64,000 bases of DNA from a virus. Made by a program: the position numbers and the translations under genes. The notes beneath the pieces were generated by a model. It saw only the letters and a list, made by a program, of their open reading frames with translations, did no database searches and was not told the origin of the DNA. This document shows, piece after piece, positions 47,840 through 57,175 of this stretch. Location of the stretch: positions 93,409 to 157,408 of IMG/VR virus record IMGVR_UViG_3300042874_000443. One strand, given 5' to 3'. Each line of letters starts with the position of its first letter. Position 1 is the stretch's first letter.

Positions 47840-48225
47840 TGCCTTACGACAAAGCTGCAAAGGATAGAGCCCGCGTCTTTGTCGACGGTGTCAGGGCTCA
47901 AACATACTGCGACCACTGTGGTGCCCAGCCGATTGAGTGGCACCACGAGTCACATCTAAAGAATACCAATCGGAGGGTTGCTCATCTAGTTTCTTTAGGG
48001 TTCCCGATCTCTGTTATCAAAGACGAGATCAAACGGTGTGAGGCTTTATGTCGACGATGTCACATGCTCGAAGACGGACGTTCGGTTGCATTGTCGATGG
48101 CGCGCCCTTTTAAGAAAGGCGACAAACAACCACCCAAACCGTGCGCGTCGTGCTCCGTGTTGGCGAACCCTTTATGGAGAGGGTTGTGTCGCTGGTGTTA
48201 CGACCATGCGCGAAGAGAGTGTTAA
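47839..48225 (+). CDS. HNH-like endonuclease
   Basis: CDHC..IEWHH...EIKRCEALCRRCH; visibly lower GC. Confidence 0.65.
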   Translation: MPYDKAAKDRARVFVDGVRAQTYCDHCGAQPIEWHHESHLKNTNRRVAHLVSLGFPISVIKDEIKRCEALCRRCHMLEDGRSVALSMARPFKKGDKQPPKPCASCSVLANPLWRGLCRWCYDHARREC

Positions 48226-48227
48226 GC

Positions 48228-48683
48228 ATGGCCACGACAACAAAACCACGGTTCCGCAAGACGCGAGACAGTGTGGTCACAGGGGACCTCGAGCCGCCCT
48301 ACGACGTGTTGCTCGCCTTCCACAAGTTCGATGACGGCCTCATTCATTCGTGTGGATGGATCAAGGGCGCGTCGTCATACATCACATGCTGTCGCATCAA
48401 CTTTGGTCCGACGCTTGTTGTCTACGACGGTCCATCGTGCCTGAAGTGTGCAATCTATCGCGGATGTCCCGCGTGTGTATTGGGATACATCCACGAAGAA
48501 ACCGTACGTCTCGGGAAGTGGGAGACCAAGGACGGTCGTCGACTCTACGTGTTCGAGATGGACGACCAACATCTCCGAAACTCAATCGCCAAGCTGACGC
48601 GTGATGAAGACACGTTCAAGAAAGACTGGAAAGAATGGCTGGTCGTTCTGCACGTCGAAGCAAAGCTACGGGGGTTCGAATGA
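48228..48683 (+). CDS. Fusion protein containing a DxGxxH...CxxC module
   Basis: FDDGLIH...TCC...PSCLKC followed by a WETKDGR...MDDQHLRN domain. Confidence 0.6.
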   Translation: MATTTKPRFRKTRDSVVTGDLEPPYDVLLAFHKFDDGLIHSCGWIKGASSYITCCRINFGPTLVVYDGPSCLKCAIYRGCPACVLGYIHEETVRLGKWETKDGRRLYVFEMDDQHLRNSIAKLTRDEDTFKKDWKEWLVVLHVEAKLRGFE

Positions 48684-49096
48684 AGGCCGAGAAGAAAAAA
48701 CTCGCGCCCCTCGAGCCCGTCGATCACGCGCGTTGCCAGGCGGACATCAGATCGGCGTACAACCCCTGGGTCATGGGTGGCGACGTCGGCGGGAAGTGGG
48801 GGCGCTGCACCAACAAGCCGACGTGGTACGTGCGCGAGGTGGAACCGGGCTTCGACGGTCGGCGCGGCGCGATGGCGCTCTGTGATTCGTGCAAGCCCGA
48901 GTGCGAGAAACGTGTGACCCATCCCGTCTCGTACGAACCGCTCGTCGGCTGGAACGAGAAGTTCCACCAGCTCTACGAGAACCCGAACTGCGTGCCGCGC
49001 AACGAGATCGTCCGGGTCCTGCAGGACGCCGGGGCCGATGCGGCGACGGCGGCCGCGTTCGAACAGCTCGTGTTGGGGCACTGGCCCCGTTCCTGA
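48680..49096 (+). CDS. Cys-rich hypothetical protein
   Basis: ATGA-coupled. Confidence 0.65.
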   Translation: MKAEKKKLAPLEPVDHARCQADIRSAYNPWVMGGDVGGKWGRCTNKPTWYVREVEPGFDGRRGAMALCDSCKPECEKRVTHPVSYEPLVGWNEKFHQLYENPNCVPRNEIVRVLQDAGADAATAAAFEQLVLGHWPRS

Positions 49097-49149
49097 CTGT
49101 TGGTTTATCGCGTTGACGAGGCGGGGTGGGTCTATGGTATCCACGATCG

Positions 49150-49554
49150 ATGACCCCAAACGAATTCCAGAAACTCTGCCTACGTACCGAAGTGACGCCC
49201 AACTTCGTCAACACGCCTGCCTCGAGTGAATCGAAGCTTAGCGACCATGACTGCAAGCTCGCGCGTCTGCTTCACGGCATGATTGGCGTGTGCACCGAGT
49301 CGGGCGAATTGCAGGACATGGTGAAGAAGCACTTGGTTTACGGGAAATCCCTGGATCTTACGAACGTGATGGAAGAGTGCTTCGACGTGATGTGGTACGT
49401 GTCGCTGTGCCTGGACGCCGCTGGCTTCTCGATGGAAGAAGCAATGGAGCGTGGAATCGCAAAACTCCGCGCACGCTATCCAAACGGCTTTACGGAAGAA
49501 GCCGCGCTCAATCGAGATCTCGCCAAGGAACGGGCTGAACTCGAGCGACGTTGA
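49150..49554 (+). CDS. MazG-like NTP pyrophosphohydrolase
   Basis: ESGELQDMVKK, EECFDVMWY, IAKLRARYP. Confidence 0.88.
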   Translation: MTPNEFQKLCLRTEVTPNFVNTPASSESKLSDHDCKLARLLHGMIGVCTESGELQDMVKKHLVYGKSLDLTNVMEECFDVMWYVSLCLDAAGFSMEEAMERGIAKLRARYPNGFTEEAALNRDLAKERAELERR

Positions 49555-50063
49555 TGCGCGGACGGCGTCCTAACTATGCGTGGGTTGACATCTCGCACGA
49601 AGAACGTCTTGCGCGTCTCATGCGAAAGGTGAAGAAGCGCCCCGATGGTTGTTGGGAATGGATGGGCAAGCGGTTCAAGAACGGATATGGACAGATTTGT
49701 ATCTCGTTTGTGCCTCGTAAATCTAAGTACTGCTTGGCACATCGCGTGATGTGGGAATTACATCACGGACCTTTGGGCCAAAAGAAGGCGTTGCATACAT
49801 GTGATCATCCATGGTGTGTACGTCCTGATCATTTGTTCGAAGGCACGACACGCGACAACTGCTTGGACATGCACCGCAAAGGGCGGGGCAATCCTCCACG
49901 AGGAGAGCGTAGCGGCATGTCCAAGCTGACGACGGTCAAAGTACTTGCGATGCGCAAAGCGCACGTCAAAGGGATATTGCACCGTGTACTCGCCTTACGT
50001 TTTGGCGTTAGCCAAAAACAGGTGTCTCTTATCGTTAACCGCAAACAATGGAAACATGTCTAA
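49554..50063 (+). CDS. HNH homing endonuclease
   Basis: GCWEW, AHRV, HTCDHPWCVRPDHL..GT..DN, SKLT; lower GC. Confidence 0.88.
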   Translation: MRGRRPNYAWVDISHEERLARLMRKVKKRPDGCWEWMGKRFKNGYGQICISFVPRKSKYCLAHRVMWELHHGPLGQKKALHTCDHPWCVRPDHLFEGTTRDNCLDMHRKGRGNPPRGERSGMSKLTTVKVLAMRKAHVKGILHRVLALRFGVSQKQVSLIVNRKQWKHV

Positions 50064-50410
50064 TGCCGAAGCCGCACCTACGCGAACCGTACGCTACGTT
50101 GGCAAGCGATCTGATGGAGACGATGATCGCGGGTCTCCACGAGTGGCGTTCGGACCTCTCGTACCCTGAGAGCCACTCCGACCTGCGTGGTTGCATCGAC
50201 GCCGTGCTGCGCAAGTTCGACGTCAAGCTGCGCCCGGTCCCGCTCGACCGGAGCGAGATCTGGGAGAAGCCGGAGACCTGTCCGGTCTGCAAGCTTCCGC
50301 TCGACCAAGGTCCGAGCGCGAGCCACGTGACGCAGATCCAGCGCTTCGACGAGACGCGCTCGACCTATGCGCACATGGGCTGCATCAAGCGTCCACCCAG
50401 CGCACCGTGA
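50063..50410 (+). CDS. Hypothetical protein
   Basis: CPVC...HMGC. Confidence 0.6.
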   Translation: MPKPHLREPYATLASDLMETMIAGLHEWRSDLSYPESHSDLRGCIDAVLRKFDVKLRPVPLDRSEIWEKPETCPVCKLPLDQGPSASHVTQIQRFDETRSTYAHMGCIKRPPSAP

Positions 50411-50589
50411 AGCGCGCCCCACACCACGAACCCAGCGACGCCGGCATCGTCATCGCTGTGCTGTTCGCCATTGCGGCCCTCGCGCAGTGTCTACATCCAA
50501 CCCGCGGGCGGTCTGTACAAGACGCTTGCGGCGGCTCTGGCAGCCATCCCATCACTGTTGGTGGGTCGATGGTGGTCGGATGCAAATGA
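50407..50589 (+). CDS. Small membrane-anchored protein
   Basis: Hydrophobic helix GIVIAVLFAIAALA. Confidence 0.5.
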   Translation: MKRAPHHEPSDAGIVIAVLFAIAALAQCLHPTRGRSVQDACGGSGSHPITVGGSMVVGCK

Positions 50590-50607
50590 CATATCAAAGG
50601 CAAAACC

Positions 50608-51447
50608 ATGTTCGGATTTCTAGGCCTAGGAGGCTTCGGATTCGGTGTGTCTGAGAAGACGCGCAAGGAACAAGCAGAACGACGGGACAAGGAAATGGAA
50701 GAGCGCATGAAGGCAGCAGTGCCCTGGACGCCCAACATGCCGTGGTCCCCGAAGATGACGCTCACTGCAGCGTCGTGGCCCGAGTGGTCGCTCTTCGACG
50801 TCAAACCGACGAAACACGGCAACATCAACCACGAGGCCAGGCCTGAGGACAAGTTCGTACTCTCGCCGAACGGCACCTTCGTCTACTGCGCGAAGACGCT
50901 GCCTCGTCAGTCCGGGCTTCGGACACTGCAGGGTTCCCGCAAAGGCGACGTCTACTTCGACGGCCCGGTCAACTTCCCTGCGCTACACGAGAAGCAGCCT
51001 GACGGACAGTGGCGCGAGGACCCCTGGATGAGCATCACTCCGATGGAGGTGATGACGCAGCGTCCAGGGACGAAGCTCGCACGCGGGCACGTCGTCATCG
51101 CGGGCCTGGGTCTTGGCTGGGGCCTCGTCGAAGCGTTCAAGAAGCGCACGGTCACGAAGGTCACGCTCGTCGAACGCTCGCAGGAGCTGGTCGATTGGAT
51201 CATGCCCGCGCTCGCGCCTCGACTGCGCGGGTTCGGCAAGGACTTCGACACGATCGTGGGCGACGCCCGTGACGTGCTCGTTGACTACAAGGCCGACGTC
51301 GCGCTCATCGACATCTTCAAAGGCTACGGCGGCAACGAGTTCTTCGTTCGCGGCGATCGTGGCGTCAACATTCGTCCTCGCAACATTCCCACCGTGTGGT
51401 GCTGGGGCTCGGCGCCGATCGCCGATGAACCCCGCAGCTGGTTCTGA
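50608..51447 (+). CDS. Class I SAM-binding (spermidine synthase-like) protein
   Basis: WMSITPME, VVIAGLGLG, VTLVERS, IVGDA, ALIDI. Confidence 0.75.
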   Translation: MFGFLGLGGFGFGVSEKTRKEQAERRDKEMEERMKAAVPWTPNMPWSPKMTLTAASWPEWSLFDVKPTKHGNINHEARPEDKFVLSPNGTFVYCAKTLPRQSGLRTLQGSRKGDVYFDGPVNFPALHEKQPDGQWREDPWMSITPMEVMTQRPGTKLARGHVVIAGLGLGWGLVEAFKKRTVTKVTLVERSQELVDWIMPALAPRLRGFGKDFDTIVGDARDVLVDYKADVALIDIFKGYGGNEFFVRGDRGVNIRPRNIPTVWCWGSAPIADEPRSWF

Positions 51448-51458
51448 AAGGTCTCACC

Positions 51459-51707
51459 ATGAAGATCACCGAAGTTTCCTACTCCATGCTCCGCGTCACC
51501 AAGCAGTTCGAGAACGACCGCGTCGAGGTCACCATCCAGCTCGAGGAAGGCGATTCGCCGTCCGTCTCGATCGAGAAGGCGCGCATGCTCTGCGACGAGA
51601 GCCTGGCCGCCGGCCGCGAGGCTAGCCTGCGGGACAAGCTCAAGGAGAAGATGAGCACCCCCGAAGGGCGAACGTCTCTCGAGCGGTTCCTCGTCTGCGG
51701 GAAGTAG
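51459..51707 (+). CDS. Hypothetical protein
   Basis: MKITEVSYS...FENDRVE. Confidence 0.7.
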   Translation: MKITEVSYSMLRVTKQFENDRVEVTIQLEEGDSPSVSIEKARMLCDESLAAGREASLRDKLKEKMSTPEGRTSLERFLVCGK

Positions 51708-51709
51708 TC

Positions 51710-52189
51710 GTGGAGGTCGTACCGGCGTGTCCGGTGCCCTGCAAGTACTGCCCGTGGCGTCTCGCCAACCAGGGCTCAAAACCGGACCATAACAAGTTCT
51801 ACACTCCTGCGAACTTGGCTCGGTTATGGAAGGGCTTGCGCAGCGGCGCCCGCATGAGCTGCCATCCGACCGACCCGCGGATGGCCTCGTTCGAGGGCTA
51901 CGAAGCGCTCGCCGATCGCGAGGTCACCAACGAATGCACAGGCGCGCTCGTCATCGTGCAGCGCGAGTTCATGGTGTTCCAGAACATCTGTCAGGCGGAT
52001 CCGAAGAGCAAGACGTCGCTGCAGCAGTACCGCAAGCAACGTCCCAACGGCATGACGCGCGACGGCCTCATCGCCATCGTCGAGCGCTCGATATTCGGCG
52101 GCTCCTCGCTCAACCCGATCGCGATGTCGCGTCCGAACCTCGGCGACGAGGAGATCGGCTACTCCGCGATCGATCGTCCGCCGCGATGA
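51710..52189 (+). CDS. PCxxCP[WF]R...CH...CxGA metal-binding protein, paralogue 1
   Basis: PCKYCPWR, SCH, CTGA. Confidence 0.65.
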   Translation: MEVVPACPVPCKYCPWRLANQGSKPDHNKFYTPANLARLWKGLRSGARMSCHPTDPRMASFEGYEALADREVTNECTGALVIVQREFMVFQNICQADPKSKTSLQQYRKQRPNGMTRDGLIAIVERSIFGGSSLNPIAMSRPNLGDEEIGYSAIDRPPR

Positions 52190-52404
52190 ACGTCCGCCGT
52201 TGGGACAACGTCGTTCACGTCATCTTGTGCGAGAACCCCGAACACCCGCAAGTTGACAGTCAAGGCCGTCGTGTGGCAAACGCATACGTCGTAACAACGA
52301 CGTGTATGCGTCACGCCAAAATCAACGACTACGGTCGCAACAAACTCACCGAAGATGCGCCAACGTGCATTGTGTGCGTGGCGGGAGGTTATTCTGATGA
52401 ATAA
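52186..52404 (+). CDS. Dispersed member of the TCxxC mini-protein family
   Basis: WDNVVH...TTC...PTCIVC. Confidence 0.7.
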   Translation: MNVRRWDNVVHVILCENPEHPQVDSQGRRVANAYVVTTTCMRHAKINDYGRNKLTEDAPTCIVCVAGGYSDE

Positions 52405-52708
52405 ACAGAACGAGTCGACGCTGCGTAACGCAACGGCCAAGGCGCTGGCAGCACAGATCAAGCGCACGCTAGATGTCGCACGCATCAAGGGATACGTGTT
52501 CCCAGAAGGTTGTGACGTAGGGGTGTTGATCCTGTCGTCGTCGCCGCTGCTCTTGAAGGTCAAGGCGCGCATGGACGATGTGTCCATCGAAGCAACCATC
52601 ACGAACGAGACTGCTACGGCAGACATCGCCAAGATGGTGGATGACCTCGTGGTGCCGTGGCTCGTGAAGAACGCAACAACGAAGCCGGCCAAGGCCGTAC
52701 GGTTGTAA
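52397..52708 (+). CDS. Hypothetical protein
   Basis: GGAGG RBS. Confidence 0.6.
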   Translation: MNKQNESTLRNATAKALAAQIKRTLDVARIKGYVFPEGCDVGVLILSSSPLLLKVKARMDDVSIEATITNETATADIAKMVDDLVVPWLVKNATTKPAKAVRL

Positions 52709-52709
52709 C

Positions 52710-52973
52710 GTGCCTCGCGTCCCGCTGTGTTCCAACAGCAAGCACGTCTGGAAACCCATCCGGGGTGACAAGTTCGAGAAGTGCACTGTCTGTGGCACGT
52801 TCTTCCCCTGCAAGGGGAAGAGGTGCGGGCACAAGGACTGCGAGTCCGCACGCGAACTAGGCATCGAGGCTTGGTACAAGGAGTGGATGAATGAACCGCC
52901 GAAACATTGCGACGCCCCTGAAGGCGTTGCAGACGCTCTACGACCTGGCGATGGACATGACGCTGACGTATGA
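52710..52973 (+). CDS. Small Cys/His-rich protein
   Basis: C...H...CTVC...C...CGH.DC. Confidence 0.6.
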   Translation: MPRVPLCSNSKHVWKPIRGDKFEKCTVCGTFFPCKGKRCGHKDCESARELGIEAWYKEWMNEPPKHCDAPEGVADALRPGDGHDADV

Positions 52974-53064
52974 CTTTGACCGGCTCAACGGCCGAGACCC
53001 AAAGACTGCGGCAGCCGTCGAGAAGGTCCGAGTGCACTTCGGGCTCAAGGAGTTCCCGCGGTGA
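52891..53064 (+). CDS. 57-aa hypothetical protein (not in ORF track)
   Basis: MNRRNIATPLKALQTLYDLAMD...; AAGGAG RBS; GTGA-coupled to the next gene. Confidence 0.5.
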   Translation: MNRRNIATPLKALQTLYDLAMDMTLTYDFDRLNGRDPKTAAAVEKVRVHFGLKEFPR

Positions 53065-53249
53065 CTTCCTACGAACGAAAGATCATGGACGCCTTCGAAG
53101 CGGTGTCCAAGAAGAACGGTGGCAAGAGCGCGAGCGCTGCCGAAGTCACCGAGCACATGTCGAACAGCGGCACGTTGTCCGAGCTGGACTCGGTCATCGA
53201 CATCGCTGATCAGATGAAGGCGATGCAGGTCCGGGGCTACTTCGGATGA
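53061..53249 (+). CDS. Small winged-helix-like protein
   Basis: 62 aa, helical pattern. Confidence 0.55.
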   Translation: MTSYERKIMDAFEAVSKKNGGKSASAAEVTEHMSNSGTLSELDSVIDIADQMKAMQVRGYFG

Positions 53250-53476
53250 ACATCGTCAGAAAACCCGTCGGCGTGAACTGCAGCAGCCAAGGCCCCCACG
53301 TCACGGGTTCGATCTGGCCTGCGAAGGGCGCTACTCCGAGGTGTCGCGGCGTCATGGGCCGCATCACCCTCTCTCGTCTGGAGGAAGGTCTTGGTCACGA
53401 AGGCTTCGAGTGCGACAAGTGCCACCGCCGCGTCAAGTTCGTCCCTGACCCTGACGGGGTTGTGGGAACTCGCTAA
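53246..53476 (+). CDS. Zn-ribbon protein
   Basis: C...C...CDKC. Confidence 0.6.
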   Translation: MNIVRKPVGVNCSSQGPHVTGSIWPAKGATPRCRGVMGRITLSRLEEGLGHEGFECDKCHRRVKFVPDPDGVVGTR

Positions 53477-53966
53477 CCTCTGGTGCCCCAAGAAAGCGAG
53501 CTGGACCCACTTGCTCGAAGACAAGAACAGTTGGGGTCCGGCCCACGAACTGGGGCACGCGCTCATCGAACCGTCGCGAGGTTGGAAGGAGTACGACTAC
53601 GGGCGCTGCGCGCTCGCCTTCTGCAACCACCGAGGTCAGCGGTGCGACACCTACGAAGTCGCCGCGATGTTGATCTCGCATGCGCTACTGCGGGCATCAG
53701 GCAACGCGTTCATGTCGGAGCGTGAGTACAACGAAACCTCGGACGTCGACCTTGTCGATCCCGTGCACGATAAACGCGCCAAGGCGCTGCTCAGGAGGAA
53801 GGGACTATGGCCCGTGCCAAGAACAAGAAGAGCGCTCGAGGCCGCGCTAAAGCGCCGGCTCGGAAAGCCCCGCGGAAGAAAACAGCCGCGCGTGCAAACG
53901 ATCCGGGGAAGCGTGGGGCTGGCGATGTTCCAGAACATGCTGTTCAACCCGGGGACCCCTCCGTAG
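53391..53966 (+). CDS. HExxH metallopeptidase-like (ImmA/IrrE-type) protein; start uncertain
   Basis: AHELGHALI...YEVAA. Confidence 0.5.
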   Translation: MVTKASSATSATAASSSSLTLTGLWELANLWCPKKASWTHLLEDKNSWGPAHELGHALIEPSRGWKEYDYGRCALAFCNHRGQRCDTYEVAAMLISHALLRASGNAFMSEREYNETSDVDLVDPVHDKRAKALLRRKGLWPVPRTRRALEAALKRRLGKPRGRKQPRVQTIRGSVGLAMFQNMLFNPGTPP

Positions 53967-54133
53967 GGATGGGACCGTGTCACTTCTGCAAGAAGGAAGT
54001 CGACAAGAAGGACATGTACTGCTTCGGCTGCTCCACGGTCATCTGTGATACGTGCGACGTCAGCATGGGCGAGTACGGACACGGACACTCACCGGAGGAC
54101 CATCGCATTGAGCCGGAGCACGTGACGTGGTGA
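53807..54133 (+). CDS. Zn-finger protein, possibly with a basic K/A/R-rich N-terminal tail
   Basis: CHFC...CFGC...CDTC; AGGAGG RBS before 53807; alternative start near 53969. Confidence 0.55.
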   Translation: MARAKNKKSARGRAKAPARKAPRKKTAARANDPGKRGAGDVPEHAVQPGDPSVGMGPCHFCKKEVDKKDMYCFGCSTVICDTCDVSMGEYGHGHSPEDHRIEPEHVTW

Positions 54134-54624
54134 CGTTCGTCGACCCCGTAGCGAAGCCGTGCTCGGACTGCCCGTTCCGACGCAAGGCGATGCCGGGCTG
54201 GCTCGGCGCCAGCTCACCCGAGGGCTTCATCGACTGCATGCAGCGCGATGAACCGTTGCCGTGTCATCAGACCATCGACTACGACAACGACCCGCACTGG
54301 CTCATGAAGTGGATGCAGCAGCGCGGCACCGGAAAGATGTGCGCAGGCGCGCTGGTCTTTCTGGCGAACAAGCTGCAACACCATCCGTTTCAGAAGATGG
54401 CCAAGGACCACGAGACGGTGTTCTCCAACACCATCGAGTTCGTACGGTTCCATCGCGAAGCCGCAGTTCACAGCTGGGATGAAGACAGCCAGAACGACGG
54501 TGCGAAGCTCCATCGGCATCTGGTCACCGGTGCTGCGGAACGAATGGGGCAGCCCATCGTCGACTTCAAGGAGCGCAAGGCGAGGCCCAAGAAGGCACGT
54601 TCGAAAAGGAGCACCAAGCGATGA
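54127..54624 (+). CDS. PCxxCP[WF]R...CH...CxGA metal-binding protein, paralogue 2
   Basis: PCSDCPFR, PCH, CAGA. Confidence 0.7.
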   Translation: MVTFVDPVAKPCSDCPFRRKAMPGWLGASSPEGFIDCMQRDEPLPCHQTIDYDNDPHWLMKWMQQRGTGKMCAGALVFLANKLQHHPFQKMAKDHETVFSNTIEFVRFHREAAVHSWDEDSQNDGAKLHRHLVTGAAERMGQPIVDFKERKARPKKARSKRSTKR

Positions 54625-54800
54625 TGGTCGTCGTCGGAGTGTGGCTCGCCGGGGCTGCGGGCATCGCCGTGACGGTCGGCGTCACCCAGGTCGGTACCTG
54701 GGGGCGCGGCATCCTCGGCGGACTCGCGTGGCCCACCTTTCCGTTCTTGATCGTGGGCTCCTGGGCCCGTTATACCCTTCGCCGGAGGTCTCCGCCGTGA
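54621..54800 (+). CDS. Small two-helix membrane protein (not in ORF track)
   Basis: MMVVVGVWLAG...GLAWPTFPFLIVG; coupled at both ends. Confidence 0.6.
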   Translation: MMVVVGVWLAGAAGIAVTVGVTQVGTWGRGILGGLAWPTFPFLIVGSWARYTLRRRSPP

Positions 54801-55264
54801 TCGAGTGGCTCTTGAAGAAGCTCGTCGTTCGTTTGAAGTCCCGCACCATCGTCACCGATGGCAAGCCGTACTTGACCCGCTGGTACGTTTGGCCGGGTGC
54901 GCCTCGCACAGGCGGAGACCAAGTCACACCGCAATCTCGTTTTGCAGTGTTCATTCACTTCTTCCATCGGGGGGATGGCGATCGCGAATTGCACAACCAT
55001 CCGTGGTCAAACAGTTTCTCGCTCATTCTGACGGGTGGTTATCTCGAGGAGCGCGAGCACGAGACTCGGACGCTCCGCCCCGGGATGCTGAACTACATCA
55101 AGAGCGACGACTTCCATCGCGTGGAGCTGCTCAAACCTGACAAGGGTTGCTGGACGATTTTCATCGCGGGCAAGGGTGTTCAAGACTGGGGCTTCAAGGC
55201 GCGAAGTTCGAACGTCTTTGTGCCATGGCGAGAGTACCTGGGCGGAGAGAATACGGTCTCGTAA
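54797..55264 (+). CDS. Cupin-fold protein
   Basis: YLTRW, HFFHRGD, LHNHPW, GGYLE, FHRVEL, WGF. Confidence 0.75.
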   Translation: MIEWLLKKLVVRLKSRTIVTDGKPYLTRWYVWPGAPRTGGDQVTPQSRFAVFIHFFHRGDGDRELHNHPWSNSFSLILTGGYLEEREHETRTLRPGMLNYIKSDDFHRVELLKPDKGCWTIFIAGKGVQDWGFKARSSNVFVPWREYLGGENTVS

Positions 55265-55265
55265 C

Positions 55266-55730
55266 ATGATCGCGCTATCGTCCAAACGAACGTGTAAGAC
55301 CTGTGAACGAAAATTCCGTCCACAGGTTCACGGATACAACGCCCGTTACTGCACGACGAAGTGCAAGGCAAAGGCACGGTGGCATCGTTTTCCGAAGGCC
55401 AAACGAAAGCAGTTACGTCGCACGCAATGGCTGAGCACAAAGAGTGACGCCAAACGAATGGCGAAACATCGTGCTAATAGCGCTAAGAGTGTTCGTGCAG
55501 TGCGCGAATGGCTCGCAGCGTACAAGCTGAAACTTGGCTGCGTGGACTGCGGCTACAACACTAACGCCGCTGCTCTTCAGTTCGATCATGAAGGGCCGAA
55601 GCTCGCTGCTATCTCGGAACTGCGGTCTAGCAAAGAACGCATCCTTGCTGAAATCAAACGTGGCAAGTGCAAGGTCCGCTGCGCAAACTGCCACGCGGTT
55701 AAAACGTGGGAACGCAAGCAACCAAAGTAA
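55266..55730 (+). CDS. HNH-like endonuclease with an N-terminal Zn finger
   Basis: CKTC..YC..C; GCVDCG..LQFDH...CKVRCANCH; lower GC. Confidence 0.7.
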   Translation: MIALSSKRTCKTCERKFRPQVHGYNARYCTTKCKAKARWHRFPKAKRKQLRRTQWLSTKSDAKRMAKHRANSAKSVRAVREWLAAYKLKLGCVDCGYNTNAAALQFDHEGPKLAAISELRSSKERILAEIKRGKCKVRCANCHAVKTWERKQPK

Positions 55731-55732
55731 CC

Positions 55733-55921
55733 ATGGCGCGTCGCCCCGGATCCGCACGTGAGATCGACCTGCAAACATTGAAGCAGGCGAACGCGTGCAT
55801 CGTGCGGGCGATGGAGTTGTTCAACAAGAACACCAAGACTGACGACCCTGAAGCTGTCGCGCAGGTTGAACTTGCGTGGCGGTTCTTGGACGAGTTCGTC
55901 GACAAATACGGCGACCGCTAG
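55733..55921 (+). CDS. Hypothetical protein
   Basis: Short helical ORF. Confidence 0.55.
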   Translation: MARRPGSAREIDLQTLKQANACIVRAMELFNKNTKTDDPEAVAQVELAWRFLDEFVDKYGDR

Positions 55922-55959
55922 TCGCTGCGCGCGTCAGCAATGACGCGAAAGGCAAAGCT

Positions 55960-56730
55960 ATGCTCACGTTGAAAGACGTCGTGGGGCGTGACGGTGTCTG
56001 CTGGCGTTTCATCGACGCCGATGCACCAGACACGCGTCCGACAGTGAACAGCTTCACGGAACCACATTGCCCGGCGTATGCCAGCGGTACGTGGGACTGG
56101 TGGGACCTCCACGAGAAGCTTGGTGAGTTCTATCGGAAACACCAAGACAAGCGCGTCGAACTGCTCGAGTCCCTCTACAAGCGGCCGACGCCAACCCTGT
56201 TGAAAGGAACTGTCGAAATGTACAAGGCCGTCCCGACCAAGGATGTACGTGCAGGGCAGTGGTACCTCGGCACCTACAACTCGTTGAACTACGCGAACAA
56301 GATTGCGGAGCACCTCAACGACAAAACAGCGAAGCCCAACGAGTACCGCCGTGACTTCGGCCCCATCACGGACATCGGCTTCGCTGTCGTGCGTGTCGAA
56401 GTGCCAACGTGCACGGCATTGGCAGGTGTTGTCGTTCGCTCCTGTGTCGACCCGCTCGACAAGCTGATGAAGCAGCGCGTCGACGGAATGTCGGGCGTGA
56501 TGTGTTTCATGAACTACGAGGGCGCGCAGCGTACCGAGTCGCTCGTGCGCACTCAGCACGGGTTCGTTAGCACGAACGCAGAGTACCCGCTCAACGAGGG
56601 CCAGTGTGCACTCGCGCGAGAGATGTGGCCGCACGCGCTGCGGATTCGCTTCCAGGTCGCGGCGGAGAAGGAGCGGTACCGCGTCGTCTGCGATAACGTC
56701 GACGAGATGCCGAACATGGTGGATGGCTAA
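55960..56730 (+). CDS. Hypothetical protein
   Basis: 256-aa ORF. Confidence 0.65.
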   Translation: MLTLKDVVGRDGVCWRFIDADAPDTRPTVNSFTEPHCPAYASGTWDWWDLHEKLGEFYRKHQDKRVELLESLYKRPTPTLLKGTVEMYKAVPTKDVRAGQWYLGTYNSLNYANKIAEHLNDKTAKPNEYRRDFGPITDIGFAVVRVEVPTCTALAGVVVRSCVDPLDKLMKQRVDGMSGVMCFMNYEGAQRTESLVRTQHGFVSTNAEYPLNEGQCALAREMWPHALRIRFQVAAEKERYRVVCDNVDEMPNMVDG

Positions 56731-57175
56731 CTACTACACCTTGTTCGCCAACGAAGTCGCAATCCGCAAAGGAAAGCACAACGTCGAGATGGTCAAGACG
56801 ATCCTCGATAAAGGGCTAGAGGAGCGACAGCGGTTACATGAAGCCGACGACTACGACAGCCTCGACGCTGCAGGCTTCGATTTCGAATACACCTGGGACC
56901 ACGAAGACAAGTTGATGCTCCACAGCGAGGAAAACGGCAACGTCGACCATGCGATCGCGTTCCTCGAAGACCTCGTAAAGCGGAATTTGGTGAGTGAACC
57001 CGTCGCGTTCTATTGGGCGCAGACCTGCTCATCACTCGGTCCTGGAGAATTCTGCGGTGGTGGTACGCTCATCACCAAGGGCAAGACGTACTGGTTCGTT
57101 CCCCAGGGACAGGTCGACCGCAAGTGGGACCAGATCAAGAAGGAACGCGCGAAGCCCAAGAGAAAGAAGCGATGA
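56723..57175 (+). CDS. Hypothetical protein
   Basis: MANYYTLF...WAQTCS...EFCGGG. Confidence 0.7.
   Translation: MANYYTLFANEVAIRKGKHNVEMVKTILDKGLEERQRLHEADDYDSLDAAGFDFEYTWDHEDKLMLHSEENGNVDHAIAFLEDLVKRNLVSEPVAFYWAQTCSSLGPGEFCGGGTLITKGKTYWFVPQGQVDRKWDQIKKERAKPKRKKR

Noticed and set aside
49102-49110. Minus-strand GATAAACC as a promoter
   Set aside because: It points only at shadow ORFs, so it cannot be supported as a gene promoter.
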